Position numbers and translations under genes: made by a program | Assembly: GCF_026571515.1 (NCBI RefSeq) | Contig: NW_026864155.1 | Location: 310,001 to 374,000 of the forward strand | DNA length: 64,000 nucleotides | From: Ruditapes philippinarum | Taxonomy: Eukaryota | Direction: 5' to 3' | Notes under the pieces: generated by a model | Database searches by the model: none | The model's input: only the letters and a program-made list of their open reading frames with translations | Told to the model about the DNA's origin: nothing | Shown: piece after piece, positions 52,501-64,000 of the stretch | Layout of the letters: every line of letters begins with the position of its first letter | How positions within the stretch are numbered: position 1 is the stretch's first letter

Positions 52501-55500
52501 TTATTTTTCAAATAGGTGTCACATTGGTTGCATAGCATGTTTTGCTATTGAATGCTTTTTCAAACTTCTAGAAAACTTTACAAAAATTTGGTTATGCAGG
52601 CAAACTATTTGTTTGACAATTAAACAACCAAAAAAATATGTATGATCAAATTTTAGCATTTATATTGATTTTAATCTTTAATTTTAGTTTTGATAATAAC
52701 AGACATTTGGTCTGATTAAATCAAATTGGTTACGAGACCTGAGCTCAGAATTTGCTTCATGCAATCTCAGATGGTCTTGTAACAGATGCAAAGCTTACTT
52801 ATTTATCCTATGCATTTGAAATTAGTTTTTTTTGCAGTAATTTACAAATTTTTCTAAAAAAAAATAATACTGGGAAGTAACATAGAATTTTTTTTTTTTA
52901 AATTGTGCATACATGTATATATATATATTTTTTATAATTATGTATTGTATAGTTGATGAACATGATTTCAGGGTGGACGACTATGGTCATGTAATCACCC
53001 ATCGTTACCTTGACAACAGGGGATGGAACTCTGGGTACTATATGACACTCTGGGACTTACGTTTTATATTATGTTTACAAACTTGGATTTCCTTGAAAAG
53101 TTTTAAAATTGTGCTTAATATTATAAAACAGCAGTTTCAAAATACACACAGAGATAGCTGTGACTTTGCTGATTGTATGTTTACGTTCTTTGAAATTCAG
53201 TGTAGATTGCCTTTTTGGAAATTTATTATGTTTTCTACGAAAAGGAGCAATTTTATTACATGTTTACAAGTAGATACTTGCATTCACATGTATATGTTGT
53301 TTTTATCAGACTTTTTGAAAGAGTTTTGAGTGGCTAGATAGATTGATTATGAGATTTATTTGTGAAAAAAAAATTTTTTTGACACTACATTATTCTTTTC
53401 AAGGAAGTCGAGGTTTGTTTTTTTTAATGACAGAATAATGAAGGTTTCACTTGTTGATAGAAAGAGAATTAAGTAGCTTTTTTGATAAAAATTTTAGAGT
53501 TTAAAATTGTTTCTTTTTGCATTGCCTCATTGTTTCGCCTATGAAATTCAGTGGAATTACCTTTTACATTTATTTATAAAATGCTCATATTAAAATTATT
53601 CTTTTACAATACCTTGTTTTGCCAATGAAATTCAGTGGAATTATCTTTTACTTTTGATGTATTATCTACTGAGATTGTTGTTCTTATAGAAAAAAAAAAA
53701 AAAAAAAATAAATTAACAATTAAAGTCTATAGGCTATTGATTTAAAGAACAATGAAAATACTAGCCCATTGTTTGTGTATTAAATTTTCTATAATCATCT
53801 TTAATTTTGTTGGTAACATTAAAAATTTTCAGATAAATATATTGTAGAATTATTATAATATATAAACAGGAAATATAGCATTGCCTAAAATAATAAGGAA
53901 AATGATAAACAAAATACTGACATAAAAAGTTAAAGTTCACTTTCAGGGCCGGCAAAATCTGATTTTGACTTACTTGTCGGTTTTTATGTGAAGCATTTTT
54001 TAACTTGTCCATATGATATTGACATACATTTGTAGTTAATTCTTGAATATTTTCACTTGTCCATACAGGCTGTGGGACAACCTGGGCAATACAAACAATT
54101 GATTTTGCCGCCCCTGACTTTTCTTTTCTAATTTTGCTTTTTAAATGCGGAAAACAAAAATTAAATTTACCGGTAATTCAAATATAATTATCCTGAATTA
54201 TCATTAAATGGGTGGTTCTACGGTATGTACATGTATGTACATGATATACACTTATTAACAATTGGAGCTTTATGTACGCCATTTAATAGCAAGTGAAACC
54301 TTCCCACTTTTCTAGGTGTTTTATGTTTTTTGTGTGCACTTTCATGTTTTCTGTGCTAGATATCATGAAGAATATTTTGCTGAAGTGTGGTGTTTGTTGG
54401 AGTGAAGATGGTGTTTGATTTAAAACATAATATGAGCCGCGTCACGACAAAACCAACATAATGCGTTTGCGAGCAGCATGGATCCAGACCAGCCTGCGAA
54501 TCCGCGCAGTCTGATCAGGATCCATGCTGTTCGCTATCAGTTTCTTTACTTGTTATAGGGTCTGTAAGCGAACAGCATGGATCCTGATCAGACTGCGCGG
54601 ATGCGCAGGCTGGTCTGGATCCATGCTTAGGTCGCAAAGCCATTATGTTGGTTTTGTCGTGACGCGGCTCAATTATTGTAATGTTGTGCTATAGAAACAA
54701 TATTTGAGATTATCACATGATACTGTTGGTTCTCAATGAATATTAAAATTATTTGTTCCTTTATATTTTAACAAATTTGACATAAATATGGCCCATCAAA
54801 GGTGTTTTAGTGGGGTTTTCATTTCCCCCATTTTCTGGCTGTATAAAATCATGTGATGAAATAGAATCTTACATTTGCTATAATTTCATTAAGACTTACA
54901 TGTATATTAAACTGTTCTCTGGAATATTTATACATGTATATACCTGGGCACAGGCTTACTTATAAATTTTTTTTATCCTAGAATTGTTTTAATTGTATCA
55001 GTTTAAGTTGATTAAGAAATGACAACATTTGTAAGATTCTATGTATATACATGTAGCTATGCTTTCTGTATGTCTACATGTACATATAACCCTGATAATT
55101 GGTATTATAATTGAAAATTCCTTAATTAATATTATGCTGTATGTTTGTATAATTATAATTAACTTTACTTTAAAGGCCCATTAATTAAGCCTCAAAAAAT
55201 GGTATCATTTGTATTTTTCAAAAAATTTTTTACGTGTGTCCTTTTAAAGTTTTCAAAGTGATATACATTGGCCATATACCTGAAAACATCTTTCCCTTTG
55301 GGTTCTGGCAATAAGTAAAGTTATAGTTAATTAGTATTTTGTATGGCAGCCCATTGCTTACATTTTGCTACATATATCACAAAATTAATGGCTATAAATC
55401 TTAAGTTGCACATTCTAAACCCATAATTATTTAAACATTATAAAACACAATCATGTTTGCCTTTTCTATGCAGAACAAAATCCTTTCATTTTTGTGACAT

Positions 55501-58500
55501 AATGTGCCTTTAAAATGTGCCTTTTTGTTTTGTTTTACAGATTGATGTTGATCATGATGTATTTTTTAAGGGCTTATATACTTACTGTGATATGAGTTTA
55601 TTATGGTACTTGGAGAAAAACAAACAATAATCTTTTTACTTGTATTTCAAAACTTTTACAAGTGTGTTCAGTACATGATTCTGAAAACAGTATTTAATTT
55701 TGTTGTTAAACAAGAACATCACATGTGGTTATAGCGCTTGTTTGTTAAAAATTCTAAGTTAAAAGAGGCATACCGGTAAGTCAAAAAATATCTTTCTGTT
55801 TTTTTACCTTCAGAAATTAGTTTTTTGGTCGAAAAATTGCGAAATTTTGCACCTTGTTCATGAAAAAGCAAAAAGGTTTGGGTTTTTTAATGTTGATAAC
55901 ATTGAAATGTTTCAATGATCGGCTACATTGAAGTGTTTTCATTATGATGACGACAATGAGTTACTGACGCTGCAGGAATTGTAATTGCTTGACTTTTTCT
56001 TCAAAACAGACTAACTAAAAATGAAAATGACATTTTGCTAATTTTTTGGCTGTCAACATCATTCTGTTGAGCTTTAAGTTAGCTATAAATTTCAAAAGCC
56101 TTTATAGCCGATCAATATCATGGTGATTGAACAGTAATTGTTCATGATAAATGTTTAAAAACATGTACAAATGATTGCAACACTCTGTATATCATTGAAT
56201 GTTACCGATAAATTTCAAAGAATTTCCATGAGTCACACAAGTTGCAAAGGCAAAATGTAAAGTTATTCTGACTTTAACCTGTACACTAACCATTTATAAT
56301 TAGAAAGGCACATAATGCCAATTCAATCATTTTTACATTTTTAACACTACAAGGAAATACTGTTTTCAGAATCATATTGATACTGAGTATTAAATTATTA
56401 TGATAGTATGATTGCTTTTGTTTTAAATATCTCAGTACAAATGAGGTATAATTTATAAAAAAAAAATGTGAGATAAAGCTAGAGTTATTTACATAATGTT
56501 TTAATTGGATGTCATTTTCAGATTGTTTTGTTAGCATTATAGTACAGAATATAATTTATTTTATTAATAAACTTGATGATGAGAAAAACAACACTGAATT
56601 TGATTGGCTGTTTCAGATTTTTGAAATTTTAATTTGACCAATAGCTAAGTAGCACAATGTAGACTGTTCTAATATTTCAGATATGTGTAAATTGAAACCA
56701 TAAGATGAAAATGCTGTGTAAAATTTTACTGTAATTATTGTTGTCTCTGTTCTTGTGTTTGTAATCGTATTGTTGTTGTTGTTATTGTTGCGCTAACTTA
56801 GAAAGTATTTTACAGATTACATGAGCAAAAGGCTCCGCCAAAACCTGCTATAAAGCAACAAACTATACAAAAGAAACGGCCAGGTCAGGTGGTCGAGTCC
56901 GATATGGTGCCGAGGTACGTCGTTGAAGAGAAGGAACAGGAAGTGCTATCACGTGACGAAACTATACAAGTAAGTCAGAGTGCCACCTATCCCGAATTAA
57001 TATTCTCTTAAATTTTTAACATTGCAGAGTGGAGCATATTCCACCTCGTCAGAGAAATAAAATACTGGAAGGCGATTTGGTCCCGCGTATTTTGTTAGAA
57101 GAGCGGGAACAAGAAGTCCTTGCTAAGGATGAAATGGTCAAGGTCAGTGGCTACAGTGTCCACACATTAGTAGCACGTTTTGTGTGTGGCAAAATTTACA
57201 ATTGTTGTGGAGTGTTTTAGCTCAGTGCTAGCTGCAATTGTTTTGTTAGTTTTGTAATTTGTATACAATTATATATTTTTACACTTATTCTGAAAATTGC
57301 CACATTAAAAGATATCATTTCAAAATTAAAGAAAAAATTGCCATGTAGAATGTCTTTTCTCTATCATTTTTTGCTTGAAGCCAAATGTTTTTGTAAAATT
57401 TTGTAATCTTTGGTTTAAACAATATTCATTTCTTTTTGCATATTTTCAAACAAAATTTCAATATATAAATTGCATCGAGGATTGAGTAGAAAGCTTAACG
57501 CTTATTTGATTTTAACTCTCTCCTGTTTTGTAATCTTTGATCATTATCAATAAAAAGAATGAAATTTAAAGGGGGCCCCATTTAATGTGGCAACTTTCAT
57601 GTTTCTCAGGTTTAGACTTGGGCAAGGATTTTTTATCATGCATATACAGTCAAACCTGTGCTAAAGACCACTTTCAGAGTTATTACCCTTACCTATAAAA
57701 TGGACTTCTCCTGCTTTGAATTTGGGACTGTCCATTATAAAAATGAGGGATTTTTATATCAAAATAATATCTAATTAAGGCAGTAGAGGGCCTCAGGTCA
57801 GATGGCAGAAAAAATTTTCCCTTTAGCAAATACAATATTTGCCATGGCAACTTCTGGTACACATCATATAGTTAACAATGAAGGCATTTGAATGTGTTTG
57901 TTCAACAGCGCATTAATATTTCATTTAAATTCGCTGTCCATGTCATTAAAATGTATTTTAAGGAAGAACCTTAGTTAAAGAAACTGTCCGGTTAGCTCAA
58001 TAGGTAGAGCTCTGATTATTTGGGTTTGATTCCTGGACAGTGCAGGTCACTTTCTTTGTGATTGATCATGAAATCCTTTCTACATGTTCTACGGTCATTT
58101 ACACTGTACCTCTGCTCTGGCATGTACAGAAATTATCAGTATCTTGCAAAAGTGAAGGCAACTAGTACTGGTGAACTGCTTGATAGCCTGTCCAGGATCG
58201 ATTCGGTGACTGAACTGTGCCCTGGTATTTAAATTCAATTTGGTTTACTCCTGTGATCCAGAGTGAAAACTTCAAAACTACCAACACCACACCATTTTTA
58301 TAAACGCAAAAATATTCACTTTTGTAGTGAGGAAGTTATAATATAGTTCCACATATAACCTGTATATATATCTTCTATAAGGTTTTCAATGTTGGCCTTT
58401 TCTGCAGGTTTCACTGGTTAGGTTTAGTTTAAACAATATTTTATTAATAATCCACACATTTACATAATAAATTACATAAAATAAAATTTACGGATTGAGT

Positions 58501-61500
58501 AGGAAGCTTGTAAAGCTTTTTTGAAAACTCTCTCTGGTTAGGTTTACTTACATTTTACTTGCTTTTTATACAGTTATTCTAGCAGATATAATACTGAACT
58601 AGATAAATGTTAAGTTAATTTTGTAATTCAGAAAGATTTATTATGCGTTTTGGCAAAGTGGATTTCTATTAATACACTTGGTTGCTTAAGGTTATCTATC
58701 TTAATTGAATTGCTTATTGAATATGGCTTGTAGAAATAAAATTCATTGATGGCATATCATTGATTAAAAGGTGTAGATTTTTGCACTGCATTATATTACT
58801 CAACACTTGCTTGTCAAAGGGTGGTTTTTTTTAAGTTTGAGGTGAAAATTTATGCACCATTTTTGAACGTACACCACAATTCTCATGTCTGAATATTAAA
58901 TTTACATGTATATATACAAATGTACATGTATATCAAAATTTGAGAAGTAAAATGATGAAAATATATCATCTTTAAAAAAAAAAAATGGCATTATTCAAGG
59001 GTGTATGATAATGAGGGGAAGGTTTTGGGCCCTTTGGGGATAAGAATGTGTGAGGGGGAAGGGGGCGGGGACGTGATGGTAGTAGCCAGAAGCCGGCGGA
59101 AAGGGTAATTCTTTATTTCTGTTTTCTGTATTTAAAGGTTTTCATTGGTTAATTTTATCATATTCTCAGTTATACTCTTCTTTTCTTACTGTCATAAAGT
59201 CATGTAGAAATTTTAGTCTTAAAGTTATTTCACATCTTAAGTTAGTAAATCACCTGATATTTATCTGCATGAAGCCTATGACTAATATTGATTTCTTCAC
59301 TTCTTAAAGTTGTTTCTATTAAAATTAAAACTAAGATTAAAATATTTGCCTTATTTTTATTAAAATTTGTTTTTTTAGATTTCCGTTTCAGTTCAATTTT
59401 TTTTGGCAGTCATCTCTTTAATAAGATTATACAGAAGTTGACTGTAGTTATAACACAGCTTTTAGCTTTTTGAAGGCTATTTAGATATTGAAGGCTACAT
59501 AGATTTTGAAGGCTATTTATATTTTTAGGGCAATTTAGATATTGAAGGCTTACATAGATTTTGAAGGCTAGGCAATTTAGATATTGAAGGCTACATAGAT
59601 TTTGAAGGCTATTTATATTTTTAGGGCAATTTAGATATTGAAGGCTTACATAGATTTTGAAGGCTAGGCAATTTAGATATTGAAGGCTACATAGATTTTG
59701 AAGGCTATTTATATTTTTAGGGCAATTTAGATATTGAAGGCTATTTATATTTTGAAGGCTTTTTAGATATTGAAGGCTACATAGATTTGGGCGACTGCTT
59801 AAACATTTTAATGCATACCTTTTATAATAGAAGAAGTCGTAATTTTACAGTAATTAAATTTTAATGTTTTTCATTTTTCAGTTTCATTTTAAGAGATGTC
59901 CAGATATGTAACATTTACAATTCATATGTAGCAATAAGCCTTTGATTATATGAATATATTTTGTAATAAACAAATAAAAATGTATAATTTATATTGGAAT
60001 TGTAAGGAAATTATTGTTATTTAAGAATTCTTTTAAAATATTCAAATGATTTTGGCAGAATTTTCAAGCCTAATAGGCTTAATGTCACCTGTATAGAGCG
60101 TCGGGTCTGCCTACACATTTTACAATCTGACAAAAACTGTTGGTTACTGAATTTTATTATTTGGATACTCGGACATCCCTTATTTTTTTCATGGACTGGT
60201 CCAAATTCTAAGCGGGCCAAGTCCATTATATAAATCCAGCAAGACAAGGGTTTAAATTTCATAACATCTACAAATTTTTAAGAAATTGATTGGTAAATCT
60301 TTTATACTTTTACGACAAGAACTAAAAAGTTATATATCACTTCAAAGGATGCTCTAGCTTAATGAAACAAACCAGTTTTGCACTACTCTAGAATAATTCA
60401 GATGTATTTTGGATTTACCCTTTGCAAAATATCGAGAATTTTGTTATTTAAGAAATTATATTTGACAGTATAACCTGCTAATAAAATGATATTTTAGATT
60501 GTAAGATAATTAATCTATGATGATCTCAGAAAGATATTAATTGCAATAAGTATGGAATGTTGTTTTTATGCTCCCAAATACTTAATTAGGTGAGGCGTAG
60601 ATTACCCTTGTCTGTTGTTCGGCTGTCTGTCCATCGAGTGACATAACAGTGGAATGACTGGAAGACAGTATATTTCTTGTTTTTAATGTAGACTTGCATG
60701 ATGTAAGCTAGTATAGTATAATAAAATTATTGAAAACATCATAATGTAAATAAATGTTTATTTTGTAAGTAAAAATCATATATTAATCATTCTTGCTCTT
60801 AATTATCTTTATTAAAAAAATCTTTCATTAATTGGCCAAAGAATACGAAAACCTATGGGCATTTTTCCAAGCTTTCTACATGTTAACATGAACTGCAGCA
60901 TGGAGCATTTATCTCACTTGCTGTGTATGAAAACAGACTGTCATTTTAGAAATATTTGTTTGTTTATATTTAGAAATTTATATTGTACACAATATCTTTG
61001 GTGGTGGAATGTATTTAGCAAAGTATCTTTAATGTTGTATTAAATCTATACTTAGATGAAAAGTTATAAACAATTTATTTAACTCAGGGTTAGTATTCAT
61101 CAGTACTTACAGTTTAAAGAAGGTTGATAATTTAGATGCAGACCAAAAGCTTAATAAATATAAATTTCAAAATCTTGTATAGATCAGCAGAGACACTTAA
61201 AACATAATGCAAATGTAATATGAAAAATATAATGATGAAATTATTATACTATTATTATACTTAAATTGAAAATTTCCCAATTAGCAACTAATGCTTTTAA
61301 TTAAGGTCATATAATTATGCAAAGTAAAAATGATTATTTCACAAAAAAGATTTTTTTAATGAATTTTGTCAAAATATTAACAAATTCATGTGTTCTACAA
61401 AGTGCAGACTACCAAATATATAATAAAACACTTTACTTTTTTTAAATCTAGTGTGAATGAAAATTACTGGCTTGGTCACAATTAAGTATAGAGCCTGCAT

Positions 61501-62766
61501 GGCTTATTTAGGCTAAACAATCTGTGCAGACTGCATGAAGCATTCACTCAATTCGGTTCATTTTACCTTGAACTCCTTATAATTAAAAATTGACTCTTCC
61601 AAATTCAATGTGGGACAAGTCCATTATATGAAATCAGCAGAGAAAGAAATACACTAGTCTTAAATTTCACTAAAATAGTGTAATGTGAACTAGTCCTAAT
61701 TCACTGAAATGGTGAATTATTATAACTGACCTAGTCCTAAATTAGCTTTTGGTGTATTGTCAACCAACCCTAAATTCACTTATGGTGTATCTTCAACCAG
61801 TCCTAAATTCACTCAAGGTGCATTGTCAACCAGTCCTAAATTCACTTATGGTGTATCGGCAACCAGTCCTAAATTCACTTTTGGTGTATAATGTCAACCA
61901 GTCCTAAATTCACTTATGGTGTATCTTCAACTAGTCCTAAATTCACTCAAGGTGTATTGTCAACCAGTCCTAAATTTACTTATGGTGTATCGTCAACCAG
62001 TCCTAAATTTACTTTTGGTGTATTGTCAAACAGTCCTAAATTCGCTTTTGGTGTATTGTCAACCAGTCCTAAATTCACTTTTGGTGTATTGTCAACCAGT
62101 CCTAAATTCACTTTTGGTGTATTGTTAACCAGTCCTATATTCACTTAAGGTGTATTGTCAACCGAGCCCTTATAATTCACTTAAGGTGTATCGTAAACCA
62201 GTCCTAAATTTACTTTGGTGTATTGTTAATTTGTTGATTTATGCAATTATAACCTTGATTATCTTATACTGCACGTGTGTAAAAAACTGTATCTTTTGGA
62301 ATTTAGAAAGTCAATTAATTCTATGCATATCATGCAAAGAAAAGAAGAAATTTTAAGAAAATATTAAGTACATGTACTTTAAAATTGATGAATACTAACC
62401 TTGGACTTTCTGATATTTATTATGATGCAATTTTCAAGTGAGTCATCGGCCAAATTTGAAGCTATTGAAATGTTAAATAAACTCGAATACTTCTCTATTT
62501 TACTGTATTTAGAAATGGCTTGGATTCTAGTACTGCTCATAAGTTTTCCTTTGGCTTATTTATGTTTTCTTTTGGTTAATTTCAAACTATTTATATAGTC
62601 CACTAATATTTCACTTTTTTTCACACCAACTAATTTTTTTTTATATTTGTAGATTTTACAAGCAAAAATTTCCCGCTTAGAACACTTACTACATTTAAAA
62701 GACATGAGAATTGATGATCTACAAACACGGGTTGAGTCAATGCGGCCAACGGGAATCAAGAAATGA
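34352..62766 (+). CDS. SPEF1: Sperm flagellar protein 1 (CLAMP; CH domain plus C-terminal coiled coil)
   Basis: Core exons 34352-34514, 38738-38849, 42877-43064, 44597-44672, 56816-56969 or 57028-57142, and 62653-62766. Translation includes LYAWVDSIPLSRPKRNISRDFSDGVLVAEIMHHFFPKMVEMHNYCPANS...NWDLLNRKVFSKMNF...EEKEQEVLSRDETIQILQAKISRLEHLLHLKDMRIDDL. Candidate cassette exons lie between 45185 and 53034. Confidence 0.93.
34583..35355 (-). mobile_element. HINE-like element in SPEF1 intron 1
   Basis: Subterminal inverted repeat AGCGAGCTCGA/TCGAGCTCGCT. Terminal hairpin AGGCAAAGCCT at the left end and GC hairpins at the right end. Confidence 0.55.
39470..39670. repeat. ~50-bp tandem repeat, about 4 copies
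   Basis: GTTAGTTAAAACAATATA..TGGCTT..ACCTTTTACTAATGA repeated. Confidence 0.8.
44220..44545 (+). mobile_element. Degenerate SINE (second family; fragment also at 62930-63040)
   Basis: B-box-like GGTTCAATCC. The core GTGGTTCTAC...GCCTGAAA...CACCTGAGGT..TCC..CA..AAGCTGGAAAGT is shared with 62930-63040. Confidence 0.6.
45185..45199 (+). CDS. SPEF1: SPEF1 candidate 15-nt microexon (phase 2-2; Q-DMER-L)
   Basis: cattttctacag|AGACATGGAGAGGCT|gtaagt. Confidence 0.65.
45813..45830 (+). CDS. SPEF1: SPEF1 candidate 18-nt microexon (phase 2-2; YIEFP)
   Basis: cttttactttaacaacag|TTACATAGAATTTCCAAT|gtaagt. Confidence 0.5.
45946..46461. mobile_element. MITE with TA TSD (pogo/Tc1-mariner-like)
   Basis: TA|CTGTACAGTGGGTAATATTTGCGG ... 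CCGCAAATTAGCCCGCTGTACAG|TA. Confidence 0.8.
46503..47779 (+). mobile_element. HINE/Helentron-like element with (GTCGGC)n and ~166-bp internal tandem array
   Basis: Subterminal inverted repeat AGCTCGACTATTCG/CGAATAGTCGAGCT, microsatellite at 46553-46591, about 6.3 near-identical units, and 3' hairpin ACTGTCCTCCGACAGT plus TCTTGTT. Confidence 0.85.
48954..49004 (+). CDS. SPEF1: SPEF1 candidate 51-nt cassette exon (TITKSRLDLNAPLKRI)
   Basis: atttag|CACAATAAC...CGTATAAA|gtaagt; open in the phase-2 frame. Confidence 0.6.
49772..49855 (+). CDS. SPEF1: SPEF1 candidate 84-nt cassette exon (EKQITFEPKRNLVKFKENFSGNNEKGQ)
   Basis: tttgtttcatatttacag|AGAAAAACAG...GGCCAAAG|gtactt; purine-rich and open in the phase-2 frame. 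Confidence 0.55.
50823..51017 (+). mobile_element. tRNA-derived SINE
   Basis: A-box-like GTGACCTAGTGG and B box GGTTCGAGCC. The tail resembles that of 30214-30427. Possible TSD AATTTCT. Confidence 0.75.
51609..51635 (+). CDS. SPEF1: SPEF1 candidate 27-nt microexon (GHEYYKYL)
   Basis: tttttatctttaatttag|TGGTCATGAATACTACAAGTACCTTTC|gtaagt. Confidence 0.6.
52972..53034 (+). CDS. SPEF1: SPEF1 possible 63-nt cassette exon (VDDYGHVITHRYLDNRGWNS)
   Basis: gatttcag|GGTGGAC...TCTGG|gtacta; a GC-richer island open in the phase-2 frame, but the splice sites are weaker. Confidence 0.4.
54433..54671. mobile_element. Palindromic MITE family A (best-preserved copy)
   Basis: TGAGCCGCGTCACGACAAAACCAACATAATG ... 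CATTATGTTGGTTTTGTCGTGACGCGGCTCA. Confidence 0.9.
55174..55509. mobile_element. Possible Kolobok-like MITE (TTAA TSD)
   Basis: TTAA|AGGCCCATTA ... TAATGTGCCT|TTAA; short TIR with 1 mismatch. Confidence 0.45.
56816..56969 (+). CDS. SPEF1: SPEF1 alternative penultimate exon A
   Basis: ttttacag|A-LHEQKAPPKPAIKQQTIQKKRPGQVVESDMVPRYVVEEKEQEVLSRDETIQ|gtaagt; phase 2 to 0. Confidence 0.85.
57028..57142 (+). CDS. SPEF1: SPEF1 alternative penultimate exon B (paralogous to A)
   Basis: cattgcag|A-VEHIPPRQRNKILEGDLVPRILLEEREQEVLAKDEMVK|gtcagt; phase 2 to 0. Confidence 0.8.
57985..58280 (+). mobile_element. Degenerate tRNA-derived SINE (third family)
   Basis: A box TAGCTCAATAGG, degenerate B box GGTTTGATTCC and an ACC/AAC-rich tail. 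Confidence 0.6.
59470..59788. repeat. ~19-bp minisatellite with ~96-bp higher-order period
   Basis: TTGAAGGCTA...TAGAT units; the block starting at 59541 recurs at 59637. Confidence 0.9.
61650..62225. repeat. 30-bp minisatellite (GGTGTATTGTCAACCAGTCCTAAATTCACT-like) in the last SPEF1 intron
   Basis: About 18 tandem units; these explain ORFs 61891-62356. Confidence 0.95.
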
Positions 62767-64000
62767 TTTTAAATTTTGCTCAGGTTTATTCCATTATATC
62801 ATAAAAGGTGGGCATGCATCATGTACTAAGGTAGAAGGGGTTTTAATGAATACTAATATGACTTCCTTTGGAGTAAATATGATAATTGTTAAGCTCATGT
62901 TGATTGCTATCTAGATAGTTAAAGAACGTCGGTCGGTGGTTCTACTCGGGTGCCAGATTGTGCCTGAAATAATGCACTGAAGGGCACCTGAGGTTTTCCT
63001 TCACCAGTAAAGCTGGAAAGTCACCATATGACGTACAATTATTGAAAGAGCTCATGTTAGTTAGTCAGTTTGTTAAAGATATACTATGCTCAAATTTGAT
63101 TTTAAAAATTTTAAAAATTGCATACACAGTTCTTTGTAGTAAAAATAAAATTTTACTTATTTTGTATGTTATTTTTAACTTTTAAACCCCCTAAAAAGGG
63201 GTCACTTAAAAAAACTCAAACACATGTATCAGAAAAATTCTTTTGTAAAATCTACACTAACAACCTGAAAAAAGGGACAAAATATATTATACATGCTGTC
63301 ATTTTCTAAATGTATATAATTTGGTATTATTATTATAATTTTTTTTTTTTGCACATATATTTAAACTAATATTGTCACATTATTTTGTCTGTTAACAAGC
63401 ATATTTATCACAAAAAAAAACACACCCATTTTAAAAGTTATTAATACCTTTTGAAAATACAATGCAGGCCGATTGGCTCGAGTCTGTACCGTCTGCCACT
63501 TGATTTCAGTATATTGGAATTAAAACCCCTTTAATTAACAATGGAAAGTTCCTAATTCCAAGCAGGGCAAGTCCATTAAAATTTACTGGGGGTGTCCGGG
63601 ATTTTTTACTGACTGAATTATTTAAACATCAAGTGGCTCAAAAAGGAAGTAAATTTTGATACATCTGTTTAGAATCTCTGTGACTGACCCTAAAAGAAAG
63701 TGAATTCTAATTCATCTTTTTAGAATCTTTATTCTTTTAACACCTTACTATTTCCTCTGACTGTCTTAGCTAGTTAATTCTGGTCTTTTAACTGTTCAGC
63801 TGAGGCTACTTTATTTACTAACAGAAATGTTAAAGATAGATATTTGTCTTCATGCAGCATTTTTATTATTATTTCAACTCGTCAATGTGAAATGCTTTAT
63901 TAAGGATGTCAGTTTCATTAAAATGGTATCCTTAGTCCTAGCTGACGTTCCACTACTCTTTGTAGCAAAGAGTGATGGAGCGAAAACGATGATTTGATTT

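Noticed and set aside
55541-55558. Further 18-nt phase-2 microexon candidate in SPEF1 (also a 6-nt candidate at 56681-56686)
   Set aside because: Weak donors (gtattt, gtaaat), hydrophobic or trivial peptide, and adjacency to a MITE end for the first; chance is likely without RNA evidence.
61891-62356. ORFs with (STSPKFTFGVL)n
   Set aside because: Intronic 30-bp satellite; the SPEF1 model is complete without it.

Overview
AT-rich, intron-rich metazoan genomic DNA. The repeat complement resembles a bivalve mollusc (inference). It is not prokaryotic, and most entries in the ORF track are tandem-repeat or intronic artefacts. Four spliced genes could be assembled by hand from GT-AG sites and frame continuity: (1) the 3' end of a Pro-rich, C-terminal-SH2 adaptor (+, 23-3830), cut off at the window start where a cloning-vector polylinker remnant sits; (2) TEX261 (-, 16101-12280, 5 exons, 201 aa); (3) ANKRD53 (-, 31198-19990, 5 exons, 568 aa); (4) SPEF1/CLAMP (+, 34352-62766), divergent from ANKRD53. 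The most striking structure is in SPEF1. Its linker region holds up to six small phase-2/phase-2 cassette exons (15, 18, 51, 84, 27 and 63 nt) that combine without creating stop codons. These are followed by a tandem-duplicated, frame-incompatible exon pair 58 nt apart that looks mutually exclusive. Other points of interest: the ANKRD53-TEX261 adjacency (also recalled for human 2p13.3), X-box-like plus forkhead motifs near both divergent starts, long hairpins just upstream of successive TEX261 acceptors, a 30-bp satellite apparently derived from a SINE B-box, and a hAT deletion derivative inserted into a SINE. The rest is HINE/Helentron-like elements, MITEs, tRNA-SINEs, a LINE fragment, satellites and a 436-N gap.
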